A stretch of 64,000 nt of DNA from an uncultured bacterium (GTDB lineage: Bacteria; Verrucomicrobiota; Verrucomicrobiia; Limisphaerales; UBA8199), in NCBI GenBank assembly GCA_963749495.1, contig CAVVMW010000001.1, positions 384,001-448,000 of the forward strand, read 5' to 3'. The position numbers were made by a program, and so were the translations under genes. The stretch's first letter is position 1. The number at the start of each line of letters is the position of its first letter. Below the pieces are notes generated by a model that saw only the letters and a list, made by a program, of their open reading frames with translations, was not told the origin of the DNA and ran no database searches. Below, in pieces: positions 24,119 to 33,801 of this stretch.

Positions 24119-24801
24119 TCATCGAAGACGAACTCCCGATGCGCACCGCGCTTGAGGACGTGCTGGGCGGGGAAGGCTACCGGGTGTTGACGGCGTCCGA
24201 CGGCCAGAGCGGTTTGCAGCGGGCGCTCCAGGAGAAACCCGGCCTGATCCTGCTGGACATCATGATGCCCAAGCTGGATGGCTATGCTTTGTGCGCGGAG
24301 TTGCGCAAGCTCTCGAACCCGGTGCCAGTCCTCATGCTCACGGCCAAGGGCCAGGTCGAGGACCGCGTCGTCGGGCTGGATGCCGGCGCGGATGATTACC
24401 TGGTCAAGCCGTTCAGCACCGATGAGTTGCTGGCGCGAGTGCGCGCCCTGCTCCGGCGCATGCGCCGCCAAACCCGCGCCCCGGCCCTGCTCAAACTGGG
24501 CAGCGTCCAAATCAACCTCGCCCGCCAAACCGCCTTCCGCGCGGGCAAACCCCTCCACTTGACCGCCAAGGAATTCGCCATGCTCCGGTTGATGGCCCAG
24601 ACGCCCGGCGAACCGGTCTCGCGCGAGCGATTCCTGGACGCCGTCTGGGGCTACACCGCCTTTCCCACCACTCGGACCGTGGACAACCACCTGGCCAGCC
24701 TCCGCGCCAAGCTCGAACCCGACCCCGATTCACCACGCTGGCTGCTCACCGTCCATGGGATCGGCTACAAGCTGGCGGAGGGCCTTGGGGCGCATTCGTG
24801 A
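24103..24801 (+). CDS. OmpR/PhoB-family response regulator
   Basis: ILIIEDE, LLDIMMPKLDG, GADDYLVKPF, RTVDNH, TVHGIGYK. Confidence 0.95.
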   Translation: MERILIIEDELPMRTALEDVLGGEGYRVLTASDGQSGLQRALQEKPGLILLDIMMPKLDGYALCAELRKLSNPVPVLMLTAKGQVEDRVVGLDAGADDYLVKPFSTDELLARVRALLRRMRRQTRAPALLKLGSVQINLARQTAFRAGKPLHLTAKEFAMLRLMAQTPGEPVSRERFLDAVWGYTAFPTTRTVDNHLASLRAKLEPDPDSPRWLLTVHGIGYKLAEGLGAHS

Positions 24802-25547
24802 GTCCTTGGCAAATCAGTTCTGAAGGACTGCCCGGATTATGAACTCGACAACTGACCGTAGAGCGTTTTCAAGAAGCGAGAATCATGACGGGCAAAGGGC
24901 TGGCCAGGGGCCGCAGATACTCCGGTTGGCCGTGACCTTTGCTTTGACGCTGGACACCGTCCGTCTGACCAACTCGCCGCAACTTTACTTCGATGTCACC
25001 GCCTTCCGGCAGCCCCCCCGGCTCTATCGCCTGCTGCTGCCGTGACGCCCTGCCTGAACTCACTGCGGGCTGCCAGGGCTGCTCAGCAACCGGTCAATGA
25101 AGGCGGAGACAGAGTCCCCAGCAGACCCCTCACCCCAACCCTCTCCCCGTCCGACGGGGAGAGGGAGAGGCGTCGGCAGTCTCTTGAACTTCCAGGCGTC
25201 TCTGGTTCCTCGATCCGCTCTGGCTCCTCGATCCGCTGCGGAGAATCCGCCCTCTCCCCATCCGACTCGCCGCGCTGCCGCGCCGTCGCAGCGGGTGGGG
25301 AGAGGGCTGGGGTGAGGGGTCTGTCCGCGGTGCGGCTCCCGCCTTCACTGAGGCCTTAGGCTGCTCAACCTGCTCCCTTTCATACTGGAATCCGGCTAAA
25401 CCACTATGGCGAAACCGCCGATATGCTGTTGAGGCGTCACACACCGCCTCAAAGCAGCTCGGCCCACGACCGTGGTCACCGAGCGTGAGGGGAGGTCAGA
25501 GAATTTACCGTGTGATTCCTGACCTCCTCTGGTTGCTCCCAGGACCA

Positions 25548-25665
25548 CTAGAGTCCTTGAATTTCAAAACATGGTGCAGACAGGTCAAGTTTGTGGCACG
25601 GGCATCCTGCCCGTGGCTGCTTGGGCAGGATGCCCAAGCCACGGTCTGAGGCCCCGCCTCGTTAG
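25548..25665. repeat. ~118-bp MITE/REP-like element, copy 1
   Basis: Internal cacgggcatcctgcccgtg palindrome; inverted copy at 33684-33801. Confidence 0.8.
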
Positions 25666-25889
25666 ACTGAGAGCCTGCCGCCCCCAATTCGGGCTTGGCA
25701 AATCCACCAATTTCCGAGCAGGAATGTTGTTCGAGCAGTCCAAAACTCTCCGGCCTTCTTGAAGCGAACCGACGGATGCGACGCGTCTCGCAGCCAGAGC
25801 CTGAAGTTCTTTCTCGCAAGCCGGCGGATCTCCGGAGGCAGGCCCTTGAGCCGGTCACGAAAGCTCTGGGTCGTCGAGGACCTGATCAA
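25662..25889 (-). pseudogene. RelE/ParE-like toxin, C-terminus apparently lost
   Basis: SSTTQSFRDRLKGLPPEIRRLARKNFRLW..HPSVRFKK..FWTAR; TTG start overlaps the antitoxin end. Confidence 0.65.
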
Positions 25890-26085
25890 GCGGCACCTCC
25901 GCCAACCCCTGGTGCTCGGACCGGAGGCGCTCGTACGCCTTCCGCAGTCTCCCGCTCCGAGCATCTTCTTCGATCTCCCGATCCCACTCGTCCGCATGGC
26001 GCTCCCGCAGGTGCCGCACCAGCTCGAAAAACTGCTCCCTCGGCAATCGCGCTATCGCCTGCTCGATCTCTTCGATGTTCGTCAC
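25855..26085 (-). CDS. Putative antitoxin
   Basis: MTNIEEIEQAIARLP..WDREIEED..SGRL; acidic 76-aa protein directly upstream of the toxin. Confidence 0.7.
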   Translation of the reverse strand: MTNIEEIEQAIARLPREQFFELVRHLRERHADEWDREIEEDARSGRLRKAYERLRSEHQGLAEVPLDQVLDDPELS

Positions 26086-26127
26086 CCATACAATCTAGCT
26101 CAAACGGCGCCGCCCTTTCAAGCGGTC

Positions 26128-26235
26128 CTTTCAACGGGGCCGCGCCCGCATGGGCGCGGAATTCAGCGGAACGCCAAGCTGGCAAAATACCCACAACCAG
26201 CTTCAATGGAGCCGCGTCGGCGGAGGAGGTTCGCA
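26128..26235 (-). ncRNA. Degenerate single-spacer CRISPR mini-array (crRNA-like regulatory RNA)
   Basis: Repeat 26128-26163 is 29/36 identical to the array repeat with a compensatory stem change; 36-nt spacer 26164-26199; partial repeat from 26200 (15/17 nt). Confidence 0.8.
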
Positions 26236-26276
26236 TCCTGAGCACTAGCCTAAAGGAACTTTTTTTCATTCTGTGC

Positions 26277-26304
26277 TTGCAGGATAAGCGTAGTGTGGTA
26301 GTCT
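26277..26304 (+). promoter_or_regulatory. Predicted sigma70 promoter of the cas operon
   Basis: TTGCAG (26277-26282), 16-bp spacer, TGn-TAGTCT (26299-26304). Confidence 0.55.
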
Positions 26305-26347
26305 GGCAATAGAAAAGATGCAAAAGACCCAGAACCAAAATGATGAT

Positions 26348-27634
26348 ATGAATAATCTAACGCTCAAAGAGCTGGAGAATGCCGTGAAAGGCCCCGCTGC
26401 TGCGTTTCGCTGTCGTCGCCGGCTGCAGCCGGGCGGCGGCGCGGGCGACAAGGTATTCCCCCCGACGTATGCCGGGGCAATGTACGCAGAAGAAAAGCGC
26501 CGTGTCCCGGGGCGCGATGAGCCGGTTCCTTGCGTGCTGCTCAACAGCGTCCAGAGCCAGGCGAATCGCATGGAGCAGGCGCTGCAAGAGGCGCTGGATG
26601 AGGGTGAGATCAGCATCCCGAGCGTCGCTGTGGACTTCACTAAGTTTGGGCCCGAGGCGAAACTGGACCCGAAAGATGAACCGTTGCGGCTACTGGACGC
26701 TATTGGCCGGATTACTGCTCTACAGGCCCCGCATCGGTTGGCAGATGCGATCCTGCGAGACGGTGAGATGGAGGAAACTGTGGCTGGGGAGAAGACCAGA
26801 GTGCCATTCCGCAACTCCCAGCTCCGAAGGAAGATTGCTGCCGCGAATTTGGCCAATGCCACTCCGATCTACGAGGTTTGCCCGACGGCATTGGTCTTCG
26901 GCATGTGGGATAGCACCGGACCGAAAGGCGGGTTGGGTGCGAAGTTCGAGCGAGCGATCGTGTCGGAGACAGTGGGCATCGGGGCGCAAGTTGGAGATCT
27001 GCTCCGGGGCGTCCGGCGGGATCCACTCGAAGCGAGCCGGGAGGTTCCCATTCTCAAAGATGAGGATGGTTCATGGCATGTTGCCGACGACCCGAAGACG
27101 AAGGGAGTGATCCGGCCCGCGAAGATCAACCACGGCAGCGTTCCGTTTCCCGAGGTCAGGGACAAGAAGACCGAGGACAACCATAACGCTGGCGTCACCA
27201 TCAACTACGCCCAACAAGTCACCACGCTTTCCTTGATTGCATTGCGCCGGCTTCGCTTTCCGGCCAGCAAATCCCAGCCCGACCAGGCCAGTGCTAACGC
27301 TGCCGGGCAGACCGTGCTTGCCGCGCTCGGCCTGTGCGCGGCCACACTTGCCTTCGAATCCGGCATGGGGCTGCGTTCGCGCTGCCTGCTCTGGCCCGAA
27401 GGCCCGATGGAATGGGAACTCCTCGCCAAACCCGGCGAAACGCCGCAGCGCGCCATGCTCGACTCCGCAGGCGCGCGCAAGCTGCTTGCGGACGCGGTAG
27501 CCAGCGCAGAGCGAGCGGGCCTCAAATGGCGTTCTGAACCGCTGACGCTTCAGCCTTCCAAGGAACTGCTGAAGCTCGTGCGTTTGAGCCAGCAACAGGC
27601 CGTCAAAGCTGGCGGCGATGAAGGGGCCGAATGA
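26348..27634 (+). CDS. cas7: Type I-G Cas7 (Csb1); alternative start at 26318
   Basis: LQPGGGAGDKVFPPTY, LNSVQSQANRME, PHRLADA, PTALVFGMWDS, LRSRCLL. Confidence 0.93.
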   Translation: MNNLTLKELENAVKGPAAAFRCRRRLQPGGGAGDKVFPPTYAGAMYAEEKRRVPGRDEPVPCVLLNSVQSQANRMEQALQEALDEGEISIPSVAVDFTKFGPEAKLDPKDEPLRLLDAIGRITALQAPHRLADAILRDGEMEETVAGEKTRVPFRNSQLRRKIAAANLANATPIYEVCPTALVFGMWDSTGPKGGLGAKFERAIVSETVGIGAQVGDLLRGVRRDPLEASREVPILKDEDGSWHVADDPKTKGVIRPAKINHGSVPFPEVRDKKTEDNHNAGVTINYAQQVTTLSLIALRRLRFPASKSQPDQASANAAGQTVLAALGLCAATLAFESGMGLRSRCLLWPEGPMEWELLAKPGETPQRAMLDSAGARKLLADAVASAERAGLKWRSEPLTLQPSKELLKLVRLSQQQAVKAGGDEGAE

Positions 27635-27635
27635 C

Positions 27636-29195
27636 ATGCTCACCCTCGGCATTCGCTACCTGACTGGCAGCGTCGCCGCCAGCAACGTGGCTGACCGTCA
27701 ACACACGGAATGGCCGCCGCATCCGGGCCGCGTCTTCATAGCCCTCGCCGCTGCGCATTTCTCGACGGGCGATGACCCGGGAGAACGCGCCGCGCTTGAA
27801 TGGCTCGAAACCCAGCCCGCACCGGAGATTGCCGCGTGCGATGCCATCGAACGCCCGGTTGTCACGCATTACGTGCCTGTCAACGACAAGGCCGGCCCGT
27901 CGAAAGCGCCGCTCCAGTCCGCGAACGGCGTCACTCGCACACGTCAGCCGCGCACCTTCGCTCGCGCTTGGCTGGCCGATGACACCGTCTTCCTCGTCTG
28001 GCCCGATGCCGCGCCGGATAAGCGGCAGTATGACGCGCTCGTCGAACTCGCCGGCAAAGTCACCCGCATCGGCCACAGCATTTCGCTCGTCCAGATGTGG
28101 GCCACGCACGAGCCGCCCTGCGCAAAAACGAATTGGCTCCCGGACGAAGCGCGAGCGACGGAGCGACTGCGCGTGCCCGGAGAAGGCTCGTTGCGCTACC
28201 TGGAGCGCCAATTCAATCGAGAAAGCGTGGACGAATTCTTCGCACTTAGGGCCTCGGCCGAGAATCTCACTGACAAGACGGTGCAACGCGCCGCGAAGAC
28301 TGCCCTAAAGGAGAAGTTCCAGAACCAGCCCCCGGCTCGTCTCCGCCCCGAACTCTCCCTTTCGCACGGTTACGCACGGCGCGCTGAGGTAGCCAAGCCA
28401 GCCGCCCCCGGAACCGTGTTCGATCCGCGCCTGCTCATCTTTCCATTGCGCCGACTGGACGGCCCTTACAGCCAACTTGACTTGGTCGCGACGCTGCAAC
28501 TCACCGATGGCCTCCGCCACGCCGTGCTTGCGCAGCTCGGCGATAACGCGCCAGAAATACTCACCGGCCACCGAGGCAATGTCCGCGCTGAACGCCCGCA
28601 TGTTGCGTTCCTGCCGCTGCCCTTTGTCGGCCACGCGCACGCTCACGGAGGCATCCTTGGCGTTGCCCTCGCGTTGCCGCGCGATCTCACCGCACCTGAC
28701 CGCCATCGCCTGCTGGAAGCCCTCGCCGGTATCCGCAAGGAAGGGCTCAAGCTCGGACGGCTCGGGTGCTGGGAACTCGCGCCAGTCAACGCCGGCAGCC
28801 CGGCCTACGGTTTGCGTGACCGCACCTGGACGGCTGCGCCTGCGGGTGCGCGGCAATGGGCCACCGTCACCCCCTACGTCTTCGACCGCCACGCCAAGGC
28901 AAAGGACAAGGCCGCGTATCAGGAAGAAGTCGCCTCCGCGCTGGCCGATTCCTGCGCGCGCGTTGGCCTGCCAGGCCCGAGAGAAGTCATCGTCACCCCC
29001 GTGTCCGCGCATCTCGGTGCGCCGACGGCGCACAGCTTCCCACGCCTGCCGCGCAAGGATGGCAGCCTTTGCCGCCACACTCACGCGATTCTGGTCTTCG
29101 CGGAACCAGTCGTTGGCCCGGTCTTGCTAGGCGCCGGCCGCTATCGTGGCTATGGGCTGTGCCGCCCAGTCGAACCAAAGGAACCGGCGCAATGA
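27636..29195 (+). CDS. csb2: Type I-G Csb2 (Cas5-Cas6 fusion)
   Basis: EWPPHPGRVFIALAA, YVPVND, WATVTP, GPVLLGAGRYRGYGLCRP. Confidence 0.93.
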   Translation: MLTLGIRYLTGSVAASNVADRQHTEWPPHPGRVFIALAAAHFSTGDDPGERAALEWLETQPAPEIAACDAIERPVVTHYVPVNDKAGPSKAPLQSANGVTRTRQPRTFARAWLADDTVFLVWPDAAPDKRQYDALVELAGKVTRIGHSISLVQMWATHEPPCAKTNWLPDEARATERLRVPGEGSLRYLERQFNRESVDEFFALRASAENLTDKTVQRAAKTALKEKFQNQPPARLRPELSLSHGYARRAEVAKPAAPGTVFDPRLLIFPLRRLDGPYSQLDLVATLQLTDGLRHAVLAQLGDNAPEILTGHRGNVRAERPHVAFLPLPFVGHAHAHGGILGVALALPRDLTAPDRHRLLEALAGIRKEGLKLGRLGCWELAPVNAGSPAYGLRDRTWTAAPAGARQWATVTPYVFDRHAKAKDKAAYQEEVASALADSCARVGLPGPREVIVTPVSAHLGAPTAHSFPRLPRKDGSLCRHTHAILVFAEPVVGPVLLGAGRYRGYGLCRPVEPKEPAQ

Positions 29196-29215
29196 CGCTC
29201 TAATCTATCTCACCC

Positions 29216-32200
29216 ATGAACGCTCCCAATTTCGCCACCATGTTCGCGGCTCTTTGGAAATCTCCGAGGTGGGAGAGCCCAACGCCATTCCCTTGGCAAT
29301 CCATGCTCGCCGAACGTGCCCTGAACGGCGACTGGCCCGAAGCCATCAACCTCCCCACCGCCAGCGGCAAGACGGCCTGTCTTGATGCGGCTATCTTCGC
29401 GCTCGCTAACAGTGATCCATCGGTCAGTGTGGAGCGGCGCATGCCTCGCAGAATCTGGTTCGTTGTGGACCGGCGGATTGTTGTGGACGAGGCATTCGTC
29501 CGCGCTGGGCAACTCGCTGACAAGCTCCGAAACGCCAAAACCGGCCCGCTTAAGGAAATCGCCGACCGGCTTCGTGCCCTCAGTCGCACGGGGCACCCGC
29601 TCGCAGTTGCCCGTCTGCGGGGCGGCACTTGGCGCGACGACTCTTGGGCCCGTTTGCCCAGCCAGCCGGCCATCATCTGCTCCACGGTGGACCAGGTAGG
29701 CTCCGCGCTGCTCTTTCGGAGCTACGGTCACAGCGACCGCACGGCCAGCATTTGGGCCGGCCTCGCCGCCAATGACAGCCTCATTCTGCTGGATGAAGCA
29801 CATTGTGCCGTCCCATTCCTCCAAACCCTCCGCGCCATTGCCCGTTTCCGTGACGAACGCTGGGCGAGCGCGCCCATTAAGACACCGTTCCGGTTTTCCA
29901 TCCTCTCCGCCACGCCGCCCGCCGACATTCCAGAGGAAGCGAGCTTTCCTCGGCCTGCCCAACGCACCGCCGCACTGAATCATCCAGTGCTTCAAATGCG
30001 TCTCGCTGCCCAAAAGCTCGCCACGCTTCGTTTAGTGAAAGCAAAAGGGGACACCGATGAACTCATCGCCGCCGCTTCCGAGCAGGCCAGCAAATTCCTG
30101 GGAAACGGCCGCCAGCGCGTTGCCGTGATGGTAAACCGCGTGGCGACGGCGGAAGCCATCGCCGGCCGAGCTCATAAAGATGTCGGAGACCGGGCCGAGG
30201 TCATGCTCCTTACGGGCCGAATGCGTGCGCTCGAGCGGGAAGCCTTGGTGGCCAAGTGGTCCCCAGTGCTCAAAGCTGGTTCCGGCGACCAGCCGGCCAA
30301 ACCCATCATCCTCGTCACCACCCAATGCCTCGAAGTCGGAGCCGACTTCAGCTTCGACGCGTTGGTGACTGAAAGCGCGAGTCTGGACGCCCTCCGCCAG
30401 CGCTTTGGCCGGCTGGATCGCCTGGGTGCGTTGAAGGACACTCGTGCCACTATCCTCATTCGCGAAGCCGACGCCAAAGGCCAGGAGCCAGACCCCATCT
30501 ACGGTGAAGCCCTCGCCAAGACGTGGCATTGGCTCAACGAGAACGCCACACCTGGAGCGGAGAAAGACGCGAAGGAAATCAACTTCGGCGTCAATGCCCT
30601 CGACCCGCTGGTGAACCCACTCCGCGCGAGCGATGAACAGCCATGCAAAGCTCTGCTTGCGCCCACCGCCGACGCGCCCATTCTGCTTCCGGCGCATTTG
30701 GATCTCCTGTGCCAGACCGCTCCGCGTCCCCTGCCGGAGCCGGACGTCTCCCTCTTCCTTCACGGCAAGGAGCGCGGCGCACCCGAAGTTCGCGTCCTCT
30801 GGCGGGCCGATATGCCTGAAGCCGTTGCCACCGAGCCAACCCGGGAAGACGAGGAGACTTGGCTTGAAACGCTGTCACTCCTGCCGCCGACAAGTCCCGA
30901 GATGCTCAGCGTACCGCTGTATCGCTTGCGGCACTGGCTTACCGAGGACCACGCTGGCAAATCCGGCGACGCGGACGTCGAAGGCCTGCCCGAAGAATGG
31001 GCCCCGGAGAATGGCAAGAAACCACGCCATTCAGCCCGCTCTGCGTTCTGCCTCTGGCGAGGGCGGGACCGCTCCGGCGAGCGTCGTTCCGTGGTCACCA
31101 GGGACGTGCGCGCCATCCAACCCGGCAACGTCGTGGTCCTCCCAGCCGAGCTCGGCATCGTCGGTCTCGGGCAAGCCAGTCCGGACAATCTCGGTCTTGG
31201 CCCTAAGCAACTCGACTTGGCCGAACGCGCTTTGCGCCAGGCCTGGGGCCGCGTGGTGCTCCGCCTGAACCGCAAACTGCTCGGTGAGTTCGGCAAGCAA
31301 CGAGCCCTCGCTGCGCTGGTCGCCCTTGCCGACTCCTCAGAACCAGAACAAAGCGAACTCAAGGAAGCGCTCCTCAATCTCGTGACCGCCTCTGCCGCGC
31401 CGGAGAGCGCAGATAGTCCGACGGTGTCTCCTTTATCCTGGTTCGTTAAGCACGCGCGGCTGCTCGCCGACGACGGCTTTCAGACAGAAGAGCACCCCGC
31501 TGGCGGACTCATCCTCACCGGCAAGAAACTTCGCCCTTTGCGGGATGTCGAAACCGAGGATGACCCGCTGGCCGACGACGAAGACGCGACCTCATCAAGC
31601 AACAAGCGTGTCACCCTCCGTCACCACTCGGCCTGCGTGCAGGCACTGGCCCATGACTTCGCCGCCCGGTGCCTCGGACCCGACTTCGCCGAACTGTACG
31701 GCGCGGTCGGTTACAGCCACGACTTCGGCAAACTTGATCCACGCTTCCAGTTGTTTCTCAACAACGGCGATGAACTCGCCGCCGCGGCGGAGCCTGTTGC
31801 CAAGTCCGCCCGCGTGCCCGAAGGCCGCCAACGCCGTCGCGATTTGCGGGAGGATGGTCAGTTGCCCGAAGGCTTCCGTCATGAGTTCCTTTCGGCCCAA
31901 CTTGCCGAACATGCCGGCCTTGGTCCGGCCGAAGCGGACGCGCGCGATTTGTTCCTTCACCTCCTGAGCAGTCATCATGGCCACGCCCGTCCGTTCGCAC
32001 CGATTGCTGCCGACCTGGTCGTTGCCGAAGGCAAGGCCACCGACCTTACCCTCGCCTCTCTCCAGTGCGGTGCCACGCTGACCGGCGCACAGCGCGCGGC
32101 GCTGCCCGCGCCTCACGAGCTTCGCGGAGGCGTCGCCGACCGCTTTTGGCGGCTCAACCGCCGACACGGCTGGTGGGGTCTCGCCTACCTCGAAGCCATC

Positions 32201-33283
32201 TTCCGCCTTGCCGACTGGCACGCCAGCCGCAGCCCCGATGCGGCTGCAGGAGACGACGTGAGGAGGCCCTCAAGTCCTTCCCCGCCAGCGATTCCCACCG
32301 CTGTTCGCACACCGCCAACGGAACTTCCTCTTGATGCCCTTGACGGAGCCAACCCGCTCGCGTTTCTTGCCGCGCTGGGAACGTTGCGCTTGCTGGTTCG
32401 CGGACTGCCTACTGCAGAGTTTCGCCTCTCTTGGAAACAGCGCCTCGGCGCGTGGCGGCCTGTGCTGCATACGGAGCTTGCGTTGACTCGGGAGGCCGCG
32501 GCGAATTCTCTTCACGCCCACGGTCTGAATCTCAACGTACTTTTCACACCTGATCTGCTGGCGGCCACGGCGAGCGCCAGTCCGAAGAACAAGAAAGGCG
32601 GAGCCAGTTGGCAAGATAAACTCCAGTTCCCTATTCCTGCCTTCCGCGACTTCTGCCGCGCTGCCGCCGACGACCCGGATTGCCCCAGGCATGAGTTCGC
32701 GGCTGCGTGGGCGGGTGAGACAGCGCCCGCGGTCGAGGACGACCACGTTCCACTCGCGCGCAAGACCCGTTTTGACTTCACCGCCGGGCAACAGGCTTTC
32801 ATCAAAATGTTGCGTGACCTTCGCGAAACGACCGCCCCAGTGGACATCCGGCGTGCGCTTTTCGAGGGTTGGCACTACTCGCCCGCGTCCACTTCGATGC
32901 GCTGGGATCCCCAGGACGAGAAGCGCCAATACGCCGTTCAGGCAGCGGACCCAACCAACGGAACCGAGAACCCGCCCCTCGCTGACGCAGGTGCGAACTT
33001 CCTCGCCGTCGAGGCCATCCCACTCTTCCCGCTCGTGCCCGACCGGTCGGCGAACCAGCCCGGCTTTGACCATGCCGCACAAGGCCGATGCTTCCGCTGG
33101 CCCCTCTGGCATGCGCCCCTGAGTCTTGACAGCATCCGTTCACTCCTCACGTTGCCGCTGGCGGACGCCGACCGCTGGCCATCCTCGCGCCGTCACGCTC
33201 TCGGCTTGGCTGCCATCTTTGTTTCCAGAGTCGTGCAGCCCTCAGGTCGCTACCGGTGCTTTACTCCTGCTCAGGCCGTATGA
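29216..33283 (+). CDS. cas3: Type I-G Cas3 (helicase then HD nuclease) with a C-terminal Cas8g-like extension
   Basis: PTASGKT, VDRR, LDEAH, QRFGRLDR; HD motifs HDFGK, RHE, SHHG, ADW; then LDGANPLAFLAALG..FTAGQQ..MRWDP. Confidence 0.92.
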   Translation: MNAPNFATMFAALWKSPRWESPTPFPWQSMLAERALNGDWPEAINLPTASGKTACLDAAIFALANSDPSVSVERRMPRRIWFVVDRRIVVDEAFVRAGQLADKLRNAKTGPLKEIADRLRALSRTGHPLAVARLRGGTWRDDSWARLPSQPAIICSTVDQVGSALLFRSYGHSDRTASIWAGLAANDSLILLDEAHCAVPFLQTLRAIARFRDERWASAPIKTPFRFSILSATPPADIPEEASFPRPAQRTAALNHPVLQMRLAAQKLATLRLVKAKGDTDELIAAASEQASKFLGNGRQRVAVMVNRVATAEAIAGRAHKDVGDRAEVMLLTGRMRALEREALVAKWSPVLKAGSGDQPAKPIILVTTQCLEVGADFSFDALVTESASLDALRQRFGRLDRLGALKDTRATILIREADAKGQEPDPIYGEALAKTWHWLNENATPGAEKDAKEINFGVNALDPLVNPLRASDEQPCKALLAPTADAPILLPAHLDLLCQTAPRPLPEPDVSLFLHGKERGAPEVRVLWRADMPEAVATEPTREDEETWLETLSLLPPTSPEMLSVPLYRLRHWLTEDHAGKSGDADVEGLPEEWAPENGKKPRHSARSAFCLWRGRDRSGERRSVVTRDVRAIQPGNVVVLPAELGIVGLGQASPDNLGLGPKQLDLAERALRQAWGRVVLRLNRKLLGEFGKQRALAALVALADSSEPEQSELKEALLNLVTASAAPESADSPTVSPLSWFVKHARLLADDGFQTEEHPAGGLILTGKKLRPLRDVETEDDPLADDEDATSSSNKRVTLRHHSACVQALAHDFAARCLGPDFAELYGAVGYSHDFGKLDPRFQLFLNNGDELAAAAEPVAKSARVPEGRQRRRDLREDGQLPEGFRHEFLSAQLAEHAGLGPAEADARDLFLHLLSSHHGHARPFAPIAADLVVAEGKATDLTLASLQCGATLTGAQRAALPAPHELRGGVADRFWRLNRRHGWWGLAYLEAIFRLADWHASRSPDAAAGDDVRRPSSPSPPAIPTAVRTPPTELPLDALDGANPLAFLAALGTLRLLVRGLPTAEFRLSWKQRLGAWRPVLHTELALTREAAANSLHAHGLNLNVLFTPDLLAATASASPKNKKGGASWQDKLQFPIPAFRDFCRAAADDPDCPRHEFAAAWAGETAPAVEDDHVPLARKTRFDFTAGQQAFIKMLRDLRETTAPVDIRRALFEGWHYSPASTSMRWDPQDEKRQYAVQAADPTNGTENPPLADAGANFLAVEAIPLFPLVPDRSANQPGFDHAAQGRCFRWPLWHAPLSLDSIRSLLTLPLADADRWPSSRRHALGLAAIFVSRVVQPSGRYRCFTPAQAV

Positions 33284-33369
33284 ACCAAAGGCACGCATCT
33301 GACTACCGCCACGCTCATCCCGGCCTGTTTGTGCCAGTTTCACCGGAAATCAGCCGATGATGCATAACC

Positions 33370-33615
33370 ATGAAACCAAATCTCGACAGAATTGACGACG
33401 CCGTGCTGGCCCTGCTGCACCTGACCAGCTTCACCGAAGGCAAGGGGGAACTCGCCTACACCCGCGCCTGGAAGGGCCACGATTGGGAAGCGCTCGATCG
33501 GCTCCATCAAAAGGGCCTTATCTCTGATCCCAAGAACAAGAACAAATCCGTCGTGCTGTCCAAAGAGGGCAGCCAAAAGGCCGAAGCGTTGTTCCAGCGG
33601 CTCTTTTGCGGCTAA
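33370..33615 (+). CDS. DUF6429-like small protein
   Basis: IDDAVLALLHL..RAWKGHDWEALDRLHQKGLISDPKNKNKSVVLS.EG. Confidence 0.8.
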   Translation: MKPNLDRIDDAVLALLHLTSFTEGKGELAYTRAWKGHDWEALDRLHQKGLISDPKNKNKSVVLSKEGSQKAEALFQRLFCG

Positions 33616-33683
33616 CTTCAACAGCCTCGCAACGCGTTTCGCCCCAAACAATATGCCGCGGGCGCGGGACAAAATAGTAACCA

Positions 33684-33801
33684 CTAGCGAGGCTGGGCCT
33701 CAGACCGTGGCTCGGGCATCCTGCCCAAGCCCTCACGGGCAGGATGCCCGTGCCACAAACTTGACCGGTCTGCATCACATTTTGAAATTCAAGGACTCTA
33801 G
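33684..33801. repeat. ~118-bp MITE/REP-like element, copy 2 (inverted)
   Basis: Reverse-complement match to 25548-25665; CTAG at both ends. Confidence 0.8.

Noticed and set aside
25662..26235. Classical CreTA (guide represses the toxin promoter)
   Set aside because: The spacer match found is at the cas7 5' region, not upstream of the toxin or antitoxin; no small RNA toxin recognised
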